This document shows positions 20,456 to 34,568 of a stretch of 64,000 bases of DNA, one piece after another (position 1 is the stretch's first letter; each line of letters opens with the position of its first letter). The translations under genes and the position numbers were made by a program. Source of the DNA: Zancudomyces culisetae HAW-14-8 (Eukaryota; Fungi; Kickxellomycota); the NCBI GenBank assembly GCA_052426225.1, contig JBNJNM010000011.1:3224001-3288000 (forward strand), in the 5' to 3' direction. Under the pieces are notes generated by a model. That model was not told the DNA's origin, did no database searches, and was given only the letters and a program-made list of their open reading frames with translations.

Positions 20456-21044
20456 TATCTTCCGAACCTTTCCCCCCTTTTTCAAACCTTTTATCTGTTT
20501 CCTGGGTTGTTATAGATTTCAGAATTTGTTTAGTTGCGTATATTCACCTGTATTAAGCTAAAAAAAAGTTTTTGCTATATTGATTTAATGTTTATTTTGT
20601 GTTAATTTGCACAAAATTTTTTGTTTGGTCAATACAAAGCACGATTTTTGAAAAGCCGAAGCACAGAAACAATTATCTCCTTTAAAGAACCTGGGGGGGG
20701 GGGGGGGATAAGCAAGAATAACTTGACTTTTTTGAAGATACGATAGCACCCACCGCGATTTCGGGTGGTAATATTGATATATCACCTACAATAGTTATAT
20801 GTATAGCAACAATAGAATATATTGCTTTGTACCCCCCCCCCCCCCCCCACTTTGCTGCTGTTTTCCTACTAGCTTTCTCAGCATATTATTTGAGAGTTTT
20901 GAAAATGTGTTTATTATTCTAACATAAAAACAAAATATATTAAAATAAAGAATTGTTTATTGGTATGAATACATTAAAATATATGACTGATAACATGTGA
21001 TTTAGCAAAGTCAACACGAGAGATAACAAGAACACAAAGGGATG

Positions 21045-21680
21045 CTATTTGATAACAACGCTATCGATAATTTCAATGTCGTTTATATACATTTCATCAA
21101 AGTCCAGCCCTTCTACTATCTCTATCACATCAGAGTCTGGATTAAATGAACTCTTCTTTCGTTTATTCCGGTTGTTTGCAAGTTGCTGGAGTGATAAATG
21201 AGATGACCAATTCAGCAGCGACAAATCTATATATTCCTTGCTTTTCGTGTTAAATACTCCAAAATACCGCACAAGCATTAGATCTACAGTTGCGGATATT
21301 AGCAAACCGATAATAAATCCATAGTAGTTATATACTGCGTCGTAAAAATCAAACTGTCGTCGCCGAAGGGAAAGTAGCGGTTGTATCAGCTCAGCAACCA
21401 TACAGCCAGGTATGAACAGTACCAGCAGAACCAGTATCACGAATACACGGTTTACATTGGGCTTAAACGTAAAATACACCAGAATCGTTTCGACAACAAA
21501 GCTGAACAAATGTAGGTTTTTGTCGTTAAAAAGACGAGGTTCATTGCCCGCGACCGAATTCTTTTTTATTCCCAAATAAAGCATCAGCAACGACCATACC
21601 GCGAGTAGTAATAGCACCTTTCCATTGTACGTATTTTTACTCCGTAGTTTTTTTATTATCGAATTCAATTTGCTTGACAT
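21045..21680 (-). CDS. VanZ-like membrane protein
   Basis: NDKNLHLFSF...AELIQPLL...RRQFDFYDAVYNYYG matches the DKxxH / ExxQ / RxFDxxDxxxN pattern; four hydrophobic segments. Confidence 0.8.
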   Translation of the reverse strand: MSSKLNSIIKKLRSKNTYNGKVLLLLAVWSLLMLYLGIKKNSVAGNEPRLFNDKNLHLFSFVVETILVYFTFKPNVNRVFVILVLLVLFIPGCMVAELIQPLLSLRRRQFDFYDAVYNYYGFIIGLLISATVDLMLVRYFGVFNTKSKEYIDLSLLNWSSHLSLQQLANNRNKRKKSSFNPDSDVIEIVEGLDFDEMYINDIEIIDSVVIK

Positions 21681-22490
21681 TTTTATTCGCAATTCACTGC
21701 CTGTTAATAGCTGGAGACGGACGGAGAATTGTAGGATGCAGGGGGAGGGGGGAGGGATATGTGAATGATAGAAATCGAATGAAGAGGAGCAAGATATTAC
21801 TAAATTCTAAATTATATCAACCTATGTTTTAATTTACCCAACTCATAGAGTAACTGTAAAAGTACCAAGTTCGATATTTTTGTTATAATGTCGCGCTGAA
21901 CCTGGAAATTTAAATACAAAGAGAATTATACCACGTTTGATTGTTTAAATGTTTTTTTTAATATTTTGCTGGCTTTGTGAAGTTTGTAATTATTTACAAA
22001 ATCTGGTCTCCAATTTTCCATTCAACAAGTATATAATTGGCAGAAAATTTTCAAAATGGTAATTCCACGCAAATAAAGTTGCTAAAACTCCATTGCCCAA
22101 CTTTGACCACAAAACGATAAAAAATATAATTTCTTTTGGGGTGGTTTTGAAGGGACATTAAGTTCAGTTTTTTTTTCTCACGAATGAAGAGGAGTATGTA
22201 GCTTAAGTGCATATGGTAGTAGAAGACATATACAAGTTTAAAGATTAGTCGAAAAAGTGTAAAGTTTTATTGTACAACGATAGTGAAGACAGTACGCATG
22301 TTATGACACACAAGAAAAGTGTTCATGTGACCTTGAGGAGAAACACAAAAGTTCGATATCTTTGACTTTTTTTTTTGGTTCACTGTAAAATCACTAAATT
22401 CTAGAGGAAAACATTTTAAAATACAATGAAATAGGTATAAGAGGTAATACTAGAGGATGGGAAATTGAGGGTAGAAAATAAATTATAAGG

Positions 22491-25400
22491 TTACAATATT
22501 AATGGCTTGACATCAGGCAAAACGGAGGGGTCGGCGAGAGTTGCTGTGTTTTTAGCCTTTAAATTGAAACTATTACTGTTTGGCAGGTACTTAGCAGGAA
22601 TCACCCAACCACCAGTGGATGTAACAGACTGAGAAACTACAACAGCACCAGCACCAGCACCAGCATTAGTGTTGGTATTGACGCTTGAGTCCGTATTTGC
22701 TACCGAAATGGCAAAGCCGTTGTTATTGATGATGGTATTGTTGCAACAAATGGGGCATTCAAATGTGCTTGCATAATGGTAGCTGCTGTTGACAATAAGA
22801 CTTCTCAGCTTGTATAACCTACCCTGGTCACCATCATAACCTTGATTAGCATACCTAAATCCATTTAAAATGTTATCAGACTCAGAAAATGGCGGTGACG
22901 AAGAGTTCATTCTAAGCGAGACAGGTGCAGAGGTCTTCATATCTAGCTTGTCAAGCATCTTTTTCGGAATTAGACAAGATAAGTGGAATGAGTGGTTGCA
23001 TACAAATTTTACAATTTTTTCCCCACTAGCTGGAGCTTTTCGGTATGGACTGGCTGTTGTAAGTAGCGCAGTATTGCATAAATTACAAACAGCATTTTCT
23101 ACATCAATTCTTCTGCCCCTGTTGCTCTTATTATATATTTTTATAATCAAGGATCTCAGATCACTATTAATAGATGTATATCCTAACTGACCCAAATCAT
23201 GGTTTGTCTGATACTGAGAAATCAAGTCTTTAATAGCATTTGGCAACCTTTTTGCCACCTCACTTTCATGTGCGTTGTTGTTTACCACCAGCATATCGTT
23301 TGCCATGTCTGATAGCTTCCCCAGCAAATCCCTGATGGGGTTAACAAATTTTTTGTCAGCCTTTGTAAGTAAAGCCAAAAACAGTTCTGCCTTGATTTGG
23401 TCGTTTCCAGCAATGTTTAGATGGCTATTGGTGTTGTTCTCAGTATCCTTTGATGTCGAAAAGCGAACCAAATCATTCCACAAATCCTGATCTTTCTGCT
23501 CAGTTGCGAACGATATTGCCTGGTTGATATCGCCTAACTCAAACAGTATCAATGCCAGTGCCTTTCGGAAATCTCCCATTCGGCCCAACAAGTATATCGT
23601 TTCGTTAACAAGATCTCGACTTTCGCAAATACGGCAAGCTTTCACCAGATCGTAGTTGTTGGCTGTTCGCAGAAAATGAAGTAGAAGCTCGCTGTTGTAC
23701 TCTGCGTACAATTCAACCTGCAGGTCGCTGTATTGAGTGGGCATTGTGTCCGGACTCTTTACCCGCAGTGTGTGCAAATATGTGTGTAAGTGTTTGGGGT
23801 GTGTGAGTAGCTGGGTTACCACTGAATTGGGTGTAATAGCAGCAGTGTTTCTAACCAACAGTCCAACTCCTGGAGCTGTGCTAAGCCGATTCAGGATATT
23901 TCCGTTATTCATCCCTTTGCTTTCCACCATTTTTTCATCGTATTTCAATATTGCTTCTGCATGGTTCCGAACTGCAAATACCAGGTTTTCTTTCTCGATT
24001 CTCTCGATAATTCCGGTGTCTTGGAGCTCCAAGTATATCAAAACCGCCTCATCCTGCCGTCCACTACGATCGTAAAGTTCGGCCAGACTTCGCTTCAACT
24101 CTATGTTTTCGCAGTTGTCGCGCAATTTTCCTAACATGGCCAGTTCTACACTTTCTGCATCAAACAAATCCACATCATATTTATCCAACACCTTACAAAA
24201 CTTTCCGATATCTGTATCCAATAAATGACCAAGAACAAGTTCGTATACTATCGGCGATATTGTTTTGTTTGCCGGAAGATAATCTACAATCTTGTCTATT
24301 TCCCCTGCAGCCGCAAACTGATACACATAATCCTCCCAATCTTTATGCATATTTAATTGTTGTAGTATGAGTTTTATCACTTTCGCTGCTTCTTGGAACT
24401 GCCTCTTTTCCAATAAAATGTTAATATACGCCTTCCCAACCTGTTCCAATTGTTTTTTGGCTACATCCAGCTCCGTTGCATCATAACTTCCTCCTTCTGT
24501 AATTTCTTTATATGCCTTCTCTATTTGATTTTGAGATATCAACCACTCTACATGCTGAGAAAACGTCTTTTCCTTAACCAAGATTATCTGCTTTGGGCTG
24601 ACCACATACCATCTGTTGTCTCCTATTCCTAAAGCATCTACTTGTCTGCTGATCAATCTGTATTGGTTGGCTATAACTGTCTCATATCCTGGCACCATCA
24701 GTACATCGCGTGTAATCTCTTCTAATTCCTTACTCACCACTCGCAACTCTGGTGCATTATCTTCGAGATCTGCATCATCTCCCCTTTCACTTTCCACTGC
24801 CATTTCGACTTCTTTTGAAATATTTCCTCCATGCACCAACATCATATATTTCTCTTCCTCTCCAAGGAGCCTCTCTTCGCTCTGCCCATATACTGATATC
24901 CCTATCACTGCTTTGTCGCTTTCTATCACCTTTACTACCTTTGCCACTAATTTCCCTGCCACAGTATTGAGCTCTACAATTTGCACATACTGCCCCCATG
25001 TTATTGCCACCCTTCCACTTTGTTCCCAACTGATTCTGCACGGATAAAGCTCCGTCATTGGGCTATTTTCCACCCTTTCCACCATAGTTAGCCCTACCAA
25101 TGTATCCATATCGTATATTATCACTCCTTGCTCATTCCCACTCGCTAAATATTTTCCTTTCCACACAACTTCCATTATGGTTCCTCTATTTTCATCAAGA
25201 ACCAGTGTTCGCTTTTTTAATGGCCATCGTCTCTCCTCATGCAGTAAAAGCGATCCTAGTTTTCCACCTGAAACTATCTTCCCCTCTCCTTCCCTGTACC
25301 CCGGCTCGATAGCGACAGCCTTCACAGGTCTTTTATGATCAGCCACTACTTTTCGTTCGTTATTAAAAAGTTCGTGTAATATTACTTTTCCATCTTCGCC

Positions 25401-25921
25401 ACCACTAACTATATACTCGTTTTTCGTGTTTACTGCTACACTGGTTACTGCTGCTCTGTGGCTCTGCCATTTCCTTGCAATATTCCCTTCGCAGTCAATC
25501 ACGTAAACAAACCCTCCATGTGTTCCCACCACCTATTGTTTTAATATTATTATTTTTTTATATTTCGCTAAATATCAATTTCCTTAATTTTAACATAATC
25601 GTGTTTTTAAATTTTATTTAAAAGAAATTGAGTACTTGCCAAAAATTTGTCTGTAATAGCCATTGTACTTATTGAATCTGTTTCATATAGCTTTACCAAA
25701 TCGCCCTTGACTTGTTTATACTCCAGAATAGGTTCCATTTCTTCTTCCTCTTCTTCTTCTTCCTCCACCACCTCCACCACCTCCTCGTTCTGATCCTCAA
25801 CACGATCCCTTTTCTCGCTGTTATTATTTTGCTCTTCTAACTTTACTTGCTCCAGTATTTTACACTTATCTCCTTTTTCCTCTTTTTCCTTTTTTTCTAC
25901 ATTTTCTGTGTTTTTTTCCAT
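22491..25921 (-). CDS. VPS41: HOPS subunit Vps41; 2 exons, GC-AG intron 25533-25639
   Basis: EPILEYKQV...DKFL|VVGTHGG; RPVKAVAIEP; clathrin-repeat region LQVELYAEY...LLHFLR...YLLGRMG; C-terminal RING-like C..C...CNHSFH..C...CPIC. Confidence 0.93.
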
Positions 25922-26622
25922 TCCTATTTCGATGTTTATGTTGTCCCTATCGCTCACTTGAAAGATTTATTTTATTTTATAAAGGTAGATATATCTTTCT
26001 TCTTGTAAATTTCGCCAAAAATTAAAAGGGTATTTTTATTCAAATTACATTGATATATTATAAGTACAGCATAGCTCTTGTTATTAAGCCTGGTTCAATG
26101 GAATCTGCTCTTTAAATTAATAACATTGCAGCAATTTACTCATACTTTATTGAAAGCAAATGGTATTTTGGAATTCCGAGTTGGTTGGAAAACTGTGCTG
26201 AATTTCAAAACTGGTGCTTTGTTTTTTTTTGTTTTAGCGTCCAATTATTGGGTATGGGAATTGTCTTTTCTCCAATAAATTAAAGCTGGAATGTGTGTAT
26301 AGTATGTGGGGAGGAATGGGGGGGAGGTTTCAGTCAAGCGCGGATTTTTTTTTTCAGACAATTTATATGAATATCACCAGCTCTACTTGGCTATTGATTA
26401 GAATGTTGAGAGTTTTACATGCAGGAATGTGCAAAACTAATGTTGGAAAAAATTTTTTTTTGGCACAAGCTGCCGGGTCATTTATGGGAGATGGTTATGA
26501 ATGAGCGATTTGAAGTTGATCGATTTGAGTTGGGAAGCAATTCACATTTTAAGAAAAGTGAAATTCATACAGCTCAACGAATCTATTATATATTTACTTT
26601 ATTTCTACGCTTTTATACAAAC

Positions 26623-27961
26623 ATGGAGTACACTATAGGCGATTCGAAGCTGACTATTGAAGCCTCGAAAACGATTCAAGAGACTAGAGGTTTAGAAACA
26701 GGTAAATAATGCTGAAAGAAATACCACAAATTTACCCTATCCTTTGATTTATATTGCTTCAATTTTTGATTATATTTAAATATACAAAAACAAATAGTCG
26801 ATGTGTATGTTGTGGAATTAGCACCAAGATTAGTTAACGATTTTATCAAGTAAGGGAGATGATAACGAATAGAGATAACTTGAGAATTCAGAATTTAAAT
26901 CTCGTTTTTTTGGCTAAATAGCAATACACTTAAAACGTTTCCATTATTGACGAATCTCGAGCATTTAAAAAGGGTCAAAAAGTCGGAAGGTATGATAGCA
27001 TTTTTACCTAAGAGTTAGCTTGATAATTATCATACTTTGATATACTGCGACAAAATAGAGAATCCAAAGCTTCTGAATGTGGCTATCTGCAAGGTAACGG
27101 ATATAGATATACAGCAAGTAAACGAGAAACTAGAAGGTATAGAGTGTCAAGTCACTGTTAAAAAGGTGCCAAAATATGCACCGGTTACCAAAGAGCAATT
27201 AATGGAGTGGAAAAAATGCTGGAGTGGGATAGTGTTTAGAGAGAACAAAGAATTGTAAGAAAATGTTGATTTTCTATGTATAATCGCGCCACTATTCAGT
27301 ATTTTCCCCTTTATTCATCAATGAATATGTATTTAATAGGAATCAAAGGTTTTCGGATACAGAAGCAGAATATATATACAAAAACCTTGTAAAAGCAATT
27401 GATCTTGGAGAAAATGGTGCTAAGGCTGGTGATAGAAATGTGGGTACAATTATAACTCGGGCAGAGGAAAAAGAAAGCCAATTTTTGTCAGGTGACAAAA
27501 GCAAAAGCAGCAATAATCCGCTAAAACACTCTGTAATGGTGTGTATAAAGTTAGTGGCTGATAACCTTGTTTCTGAGAGGACTGATAAAAAAAGAAAGTG
27601 CTTGGAGGGCGAAAAAGAGAAGGAAAAGGAAAGGATAATGTTAACACAAGTAGGTATAAACGGCGCAGCAGCAGAGGGAGTTGCCAAGATTGGTAATGGT
27701 AATGGTGATGGTAATGGTGATGATGATGGCGATGGCGATAATCGGGTGAAGGTGGACGAGGAAGGGTATCTCTGCCTAGGTTATGACGTTTTTACGACTA
27801 AAGAGCCATGTGTAATGTGCACAATGGGACTGGTTCATTCAAGAATCAAACGTCTATTTTATTTAGCCGAAGAGCCTGAAGGAGGAATTACAAAACATAG
27901 AATTAATCAACAATCAAAACTAAATCACAAGTTTAAAAGCTATAAATGCGAAATTAGCTAG
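26623..27961 (+). CDS. TAD3: tRNA A34 deaminase non-catalytic subunit Tad3; 5 exons
   Basis: LEHLKRVKK; VPKYAPVTKEQLMEW; NPLKHSVM (HSV pseudo-active site); YLCLGYDVFTTKEPCVMCTMGLVHSRI; LNHKF; GT-AG introns. Confidence 0.9.
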
Positions 27962-29637
27962 AGCCATGGTAAATACTATCCATAAGCTCATATACACTGC
28001 TACTACTACTACTAGATATCATTTTAATGGTGTGCAAATCAGGTGTACACTCTTGGACATTTCCTGCTTTAAGCAAATGTAAATAGAAATCAGAACCATA
28101 CCCTTCCATCGATACTGCGCTCAGGTCACCCCCAAAATATCGGGCGACAAGTCTCGCTGATGGCAATCCACACCCATATCCGTATAATGGAACATCCTTT
28201 ACATCGAGTATGGTGCTGTCGCAACCTTCGAGCATCATGTGGCTGCTATTATTAGGTTTGATATACGACCAAAGATTCGAAATCTTGTTGTGTGGCATTC
28301 CTCCGCCTTCATCAGATACCTTGAAAGTGACGTCTTCTCCTCCCTCGATCATCACTACCTTGATGTTTGGATAGTTCGTTGTGTTCCCATGGAATTCCAT
28401 AGTTGCTCTTATGCTATTCGCCAAGAGTTCCAGCAAGATTCCCTGCAGGAACGGTTCTATGTATACTGTTGTGATTTCCTTTTTTGGTGATATTATTTCT
28501 ACTTGTGGTGGCTCCTTACTATGTAAATTGTTCATTTAATCAAGAGTTAATACAGTTTAAATACATATCGATAATAAATATAATTTCTCGTCACTTTTGT
28601 TGCCAGACAAACAACAGAAATAAATCGATATTGTACTGAACTTACTTGTACTGCCTCCTTGCTACCTCTCGAGCTGTCTCCACAGCATTTTGTAACACCT
28701 TTGTTGGATGAATTTTCTTTACATAGCTCTGGTTGTTGGTTCTAACACTAAGCTGATCTTCTATCAGCAGCTGCGTTCCCAAGTTCATCGAGTAAAACCA
28801 GTCAAAAAATCGAGTGTTTTTGTGTTCTGCAAATATACTTTCGTCTTCACCCAGATACTCTGTATCTGCTAACCCAACTCCAGCTTGTTGTCCTCCACGC
28901 CCTGCACCTATACCCAGTTCATCTTCCATGAATTGGTATTTAATTTCTCCTTTGCTGTTAATCGCTGGACTGGCGCCTCCCCTCCTCTTGGGCCCTGTTG
29001 ACATTTCCTCTTCAATGCTCACACTCACCTTGTCATAATTTGATGCGTTCTGCTGCAACATCTGTTTGTTTGCCCCTAATAGATATCCTGGTACTATTTT
29101 CGGGTCATCCCTCGCTATTGCTTCAGAAAGTGACCTTAGTCCACGGTGTACTATTTGTAGATTTTCCTGTTGCCATGTCTTCATATTTTCCAATACTGCT
29201 GTAAACTCCCTATCGCTTTGTACGTCTACCGGTGGTGGCAGACTTATAAGTTTTTGAAACTTGTCACCCGTTCGTTTCAATATGTAGTCAAACTCGGGTA
29301 TCCGATGTAAGGCATATGGTGATAACCCTGAACATATTCCTTTTATTGTCTGCGAAAGTCTTATTGGTAGCTCTTCATATAGAAATTTTGTTGGGATCTC
29401 AAATACTCTGTAATCATTCAAGTCTTTTTTTAGAATGTATCTTCCCAGTGTGTACAATTGACTCAGCTATTATTAATATTATTGTTTAGAAAAGATAAAA
29501 TTAATATACACTGCATTCATCAGTTATGCATAATACAAAATTAATGTACCAAAGCTTTGGGTACTTACCGAAACCCTCCGAATATCCTTTTCAGCATATT
29601 TCTTGAGAGCACGTGTTGTATGTGTTCTTAGTTTCAT
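27954..29637 (-). CDS. Mitochondrial pyruvate/branched-chain ketoacid dehydrogenase kinase family; 3 exons
   Basis: FLYEELPIRL; ELLANSIRAT; KVSDEGGG; GYGCGLPSARLVARYFGGDL..SMEGYGSD. The start of exon 1 is tentative. Confidence 0.85.
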
Positions 29638-32394
29638 TTTCTTGTGTATGGTATATTATTTACTATTTAATGGATATTTTCAACCAAAAGTGTCTTGTTT
29701 CCAGAGCTAAAGATAATTATTCAAAATCGATTTTCCACTCCATTACCCACGTTTTTGAGGCTATCGTGTCGTTTTAATAAAGATATACCGTTTTTTAGTA
29801 GATGTATGTGTAATATTATACTGGCTTTGACTATATAAACCTTCAATCCTTTTCTTATTTTTTTTTACAGAGTATTTTCTCTGTGCACAACTTAAATAGA
29901 AAACAATTCAAGTAAGGGCCTTGATAAAAAAAATTAAGAATCCAACCATAATCTTGAATATGAATATGAATATGAAAATGAAAATGAAAATGAACTATTT
30001 CGAATAAAATAGTGAAACTTGAGCCGATAACTTGATCTTTGGGCATATCCAGTTTACAATCACAATATTATGAAATAATGTTTTTGCAAAACATGTTTGT
30101 TTCGTAATGAGCACAAATGACGACTTAATGAAAGTAGGCAATTTTACAAAGTTAGCTAATTGGTGAGATTTTCTCCATTTTCGATTCCTTTTCAGTTTGG
30201 AATCCTAAGAAATAATATTCGTAATTATTTTCACCCACATTCGCTCTCTCCCTATAAACTTTGCGGCTATTGTTATTTTTTCTAATGAAAAAAATAGCTG
30301 TTGCCAGTATCTTTTGTAACTGTGAAAGCAAGATAACAAGATCTATTTATTACAAATGGTTGAAAACAGGTTAGAGAATGAAATATTTACTTTGTTAGAA
30401 AATAGTCAGGTGCTATTCAATATAACAACTTGCTTTTATTTACAGTGGAGAGGAATTAAGGATACTAAATAGCGAGTGGAATTTTGTTGCGTCTGCCTCA
30501 TTGTTTATGCATAACGCAATAGGTGTAAATATGCTTCTGGTTTTGCTCTAACCAGTGATTTTCATTTCCAAACACTCTAAAACACAAAAGTGGCATAATC
30601 CCAGCTCACTACTAGAATATTTACAATCAAACCTCTAAAAAGAGAAGCAATGAAAACTGTTTTCTCTTTATGATCCTGTCGGCTTTTCTCTGAGGGGGTA
30701 AGGGGGAAGGGTAAAGAGGAAGGGGGAATGGACTCATTTCTTTATCAACTCATTTTTTATTCTGTGGTCACACGGGCAAAACGAATCTGTTTTTACAAAT
30801 GATTATTCCTTTGGATATGATGATTTTCATTTAAAGCCTGAAATGACAGGTCAAACTTAAATTACCATTACATAGTACATTCAGCTACACTATTTTTGGG
30901 GGGGAGGTGGGGGTATTTTTGACCTCACTTTCGTTGGCAAACTTTGGCTCTTTTTTCCGCAAAAGGGGCATTAACTACACCACTAAAAGCATCTTTAATT
31001 TAATCAGAACCTATACTTGATAGGCTGGCAATCATTTTACTTTGACTATATTTAAACTATACCATTGTTAAATCACATGCATCTTGGATATTACACCTGT
31101 TTGGGAAACCGATTGAGGTTGGTGTGCACTAGATTAACCATGGAGATGGAAAGTCACCACGTTATATCCCATCTCATCCCATCCCATCCCATCATACCAT
31201 ATCGGTTTACTTTACCTGTATATTCCCATTACAGCACTAGATATTCCCTACTTTAAGCAAAATAAGTATAGCAGATAAACAACTTTACCATTTTACTTGC
31301 GTTTGCGAAAACAGAATAATAATGTATATGTGTGTAAATACAGAACTATTGCTGTCAACATCAGAGCATGTTTTCTCCAACTGTTGTTTTGTCTTGGTGT
31401 GTTTAATGAGTATTATGCTTTTGTAACCCTTGCGGCTTTATTTCAATTAATATACTATAGTTCCATTTTTATTAGTTCCGTGTCCATAGCCGCTTATATA
31501 ATTGCCGCATTGCGCCATAAAGTTCCTTTCCCATTTTCCCCATTTTCCCACTTCGCTTAACCAAAAATTCCCCCTCTAATACCTCAAAATCATCCTGGAT
31601 AATATCGCGATTTCTGTCGCGATTATATTTGCTTCCATCCTGATTCCGGTTTTACTTTTAATTAAAGCACAATTAAAAAAACAATGGCCAGAAAACATGT
31701 GATTCGCAAACATGGAACCGGAACTAGAATATGTATGGGGAAACAGAAAAAAAAAATCAGCAGATAAATATCTAGCAGTGCTCTAGTGTGTAATTGGCTA
31801 GATAATAATCAAACCACATCCCACTGAGAATAAACAAGACAGAGTCATTCTATTACACCCAAAGTCATGTTAGGGTTTTATAGCCACAATCCAAACTGCA
31901 ATTAGCTTTTACTGTTGATTATTTCAGATATGGTTGTAGATTTAGCCACTACTCGAAGAGAAAAAACCTATCCCAGCAACTCCAATTAATAATTATACCC
32001 GCTCAAATACTCAGAATGGAATAGTAGTTTCGTGCTCAGCGCAGTACACAAACTGTATTATACGAAAGGCAGGGCAAACAGCTAAGAAAACTGATCCAAT
32101 GCACCTAATAGTCACTGCACACCCAGAACTAGTGTTGTTGCATCACACCGTTCACTTCCAAACCAAAAGTATCTAAAACACCTTTACTCACCGCTGTTCC
32201 CAGCAATGTTTTCGTAGAAAAGAAGCGTCAAAGGAGAAAAGATATAGGACGTCGTATATTTCGCATATAAGTTGCAAAATAATAAAAAAACAGTCTTGTA
32301 GCCGAGTATGCTGCTACGTGTTTAATAGTCTAGTGGAAAAAAAAATCTCGATATAAAAATGTAAAAAACATATACTAACTCACAGAGGTTATGT

Positions 32395-33833
32395 TTACTT
32401 TTTGAAGATTTGAATGACATCTTCGTTTTCCAACTTGTGTTGTGCTCCAACTCGCTGAGGGTTGTGCTTAGTGGAGGTTCCCCAAACAGCTGCGTATTTA
32501 AAGTCATCAACCAAGGATCTGTGGATAGAGTGGCATGCAGTTTCAACCGTAGCACCACTTCTCAAAATCAAACCCTCATCAAAATCGGGATACTCGGATG
32601 CCCTCTTTGTGTAGACCCGAAGTAGATTTAATCTTTTCCAAATCTGCTCTTTCAATTCGTCCAGATTTAAATCCTGTTCCACACTAACTACTAAGGTGTT
32701 GTCTTCTCTAGCTATTTTGTCGACTTGTTCAATAGTGATTTCATCAATTTTGTTATAGACATACAAACATGGCAAATAAATACGATTTCCAACAATCACA
32801 TCAATAAACTCATCCACAGTGACATCTTGTCTAACCAAAACCTCAGCGTTAAAAACACGATATTGATGAAGAATCTCAGTTACTAGTTTTTCTGTCAAAT
32901 AACTCTGTTTGACTATGGGATTGTAACTTACACCTCCTCCCTTTTTGACCTTATAATATATATCTGGAATCTTCCTGTTTAGTCGAATTCCAACAGCTTC
33001 AAGTTCCTTTTCCAACTGTGCCCGCTGTGCATGTGATTTGGTGGAATCGAGCATCATCAATATCATATCTGATGTTCTTGCTGTTGATATAACCTGTTTA
33101 CCTCTCCCCTTTCCTATTAAATTTCATAATATTTCAGCAGTATTAGTATCGCTGATTCTTTCCACATCGTTAACAGCATGACTGTTCCTTGGCTGAAAAC
33201 CCTTCTAAAGAGAAAAAGAGCAATAGTTGATGACTTACCCTCTGAAGCACCTTGGATGATTCCAGGAAGATCAAGTATCTGGATATTGGCTCCCTGATAC
33301 ATGAACTTTCCGGGAATGCAGGTCAGTGTTGTAAATTCATACGATGCAACTTCTGAAGTGGTTCCTGTGAGTTTACTCAGAAGGGTGGATTTACCAACCG
33401 AGGGAAATCCTATCAATGCAACTCTAGCATCTCCCGATTTTAAGACATCGAAACCCTCGCCCTACATTTATCAGTTTACTTGTTTGTTGTTTCAAAACAC
33501 ATTCACATCTTTTTCAGCAAAAAGTATTGAAATAAGGATCAGTGATTAAAAAGCGAAGAGCAGTAAGAATTGTTAATAGTACTTTACCTTTGCACCTCCA
33601 GTACTAACATCCAGTAATTCTGCTCTATACTTGGCCAATTTACCCTTAAGCAGACCAAGATGATGCTCGGTAGCTATAGAAGATTATATTTTAAAGGATT
33701 AGATCTGGAAAATTTCGCGGATCGACAAAGGTAGACGAGTTTTGAATGCAAATTAAATGCGATAGTTACCCTTGTTTTTCTGGGTGCGGCTAATTTCCTG
33801 TTCGATATCAGCTATTTTTTCAAGGATCCCCAT
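32395..33833 (-). CDS. RBG2: DRG2-type developmentally regulated GTPase; 4 exons
   Basis: [21 protein letters not shown]|[17 protein letters not shown]; GFPSVGKS; YEFTTLT; DLPGII; NKID; C-terminal TGS domain. Confidence 0.94.
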
Positions 33834-34568
33834 TTTTCAAACTATATTCAAGCTTTGGTATGGTTCTTTAGGTTGAAAATTTAGAATTGAAATAAGAATT
33901 GGAACTTGTGAACAAGGGTTTATTGTCTTGAAAAATACTTGGTTTATTTATTGCATTAATTTATTCATCACTTTTCATTTCCATATTTATGATTTTTCTC
34001 CAAAAAAAAAAAAAGTATTCAGTTGAAAATCGAAAACCAAAGACAAGAAAATACGGCCAAAACACATTGGTGTGCTGGGCTATAGAATTTTACCTGACTT
34101 TTGACTTTTGTGCGTAGGATGTGTTTGCTACTCTTCCCTGTAATAAACTCTAAATAACATATACTTTCGTATCACTGGTTATAGATATTCAGTTATATAA
34201 CCATATCTTAGTGTGTTCTAGCAAACTAGTCGGATGAGCTGAATAGTCAGGCACTATCTTTATCACATGGGCAACTTTCAATATGAAATCATCTCAAACA
34301 ACAGCAATAAAGTTTGGAAAAGTTTGATAGTGGAGTTGCTTGGAAAACTAAAAATGGGCCTGGGTTTGCTTTATGGAATTTCAGACCAAGTTTGGAATGA
34401 CATTGAAAATCCAGCTAAAATTAGTTGATATTGAAAAAAAAACATCGCAAATAATGAAATGGCGCCAAAAAAAAAAGTTTTAAAGTGGAAAAGACAGCGT
34501 TGCTTTAGTTGATAACACATTTTTTCTATAAGAAATAAATATATTAGAATTTATATATATTTGACACA

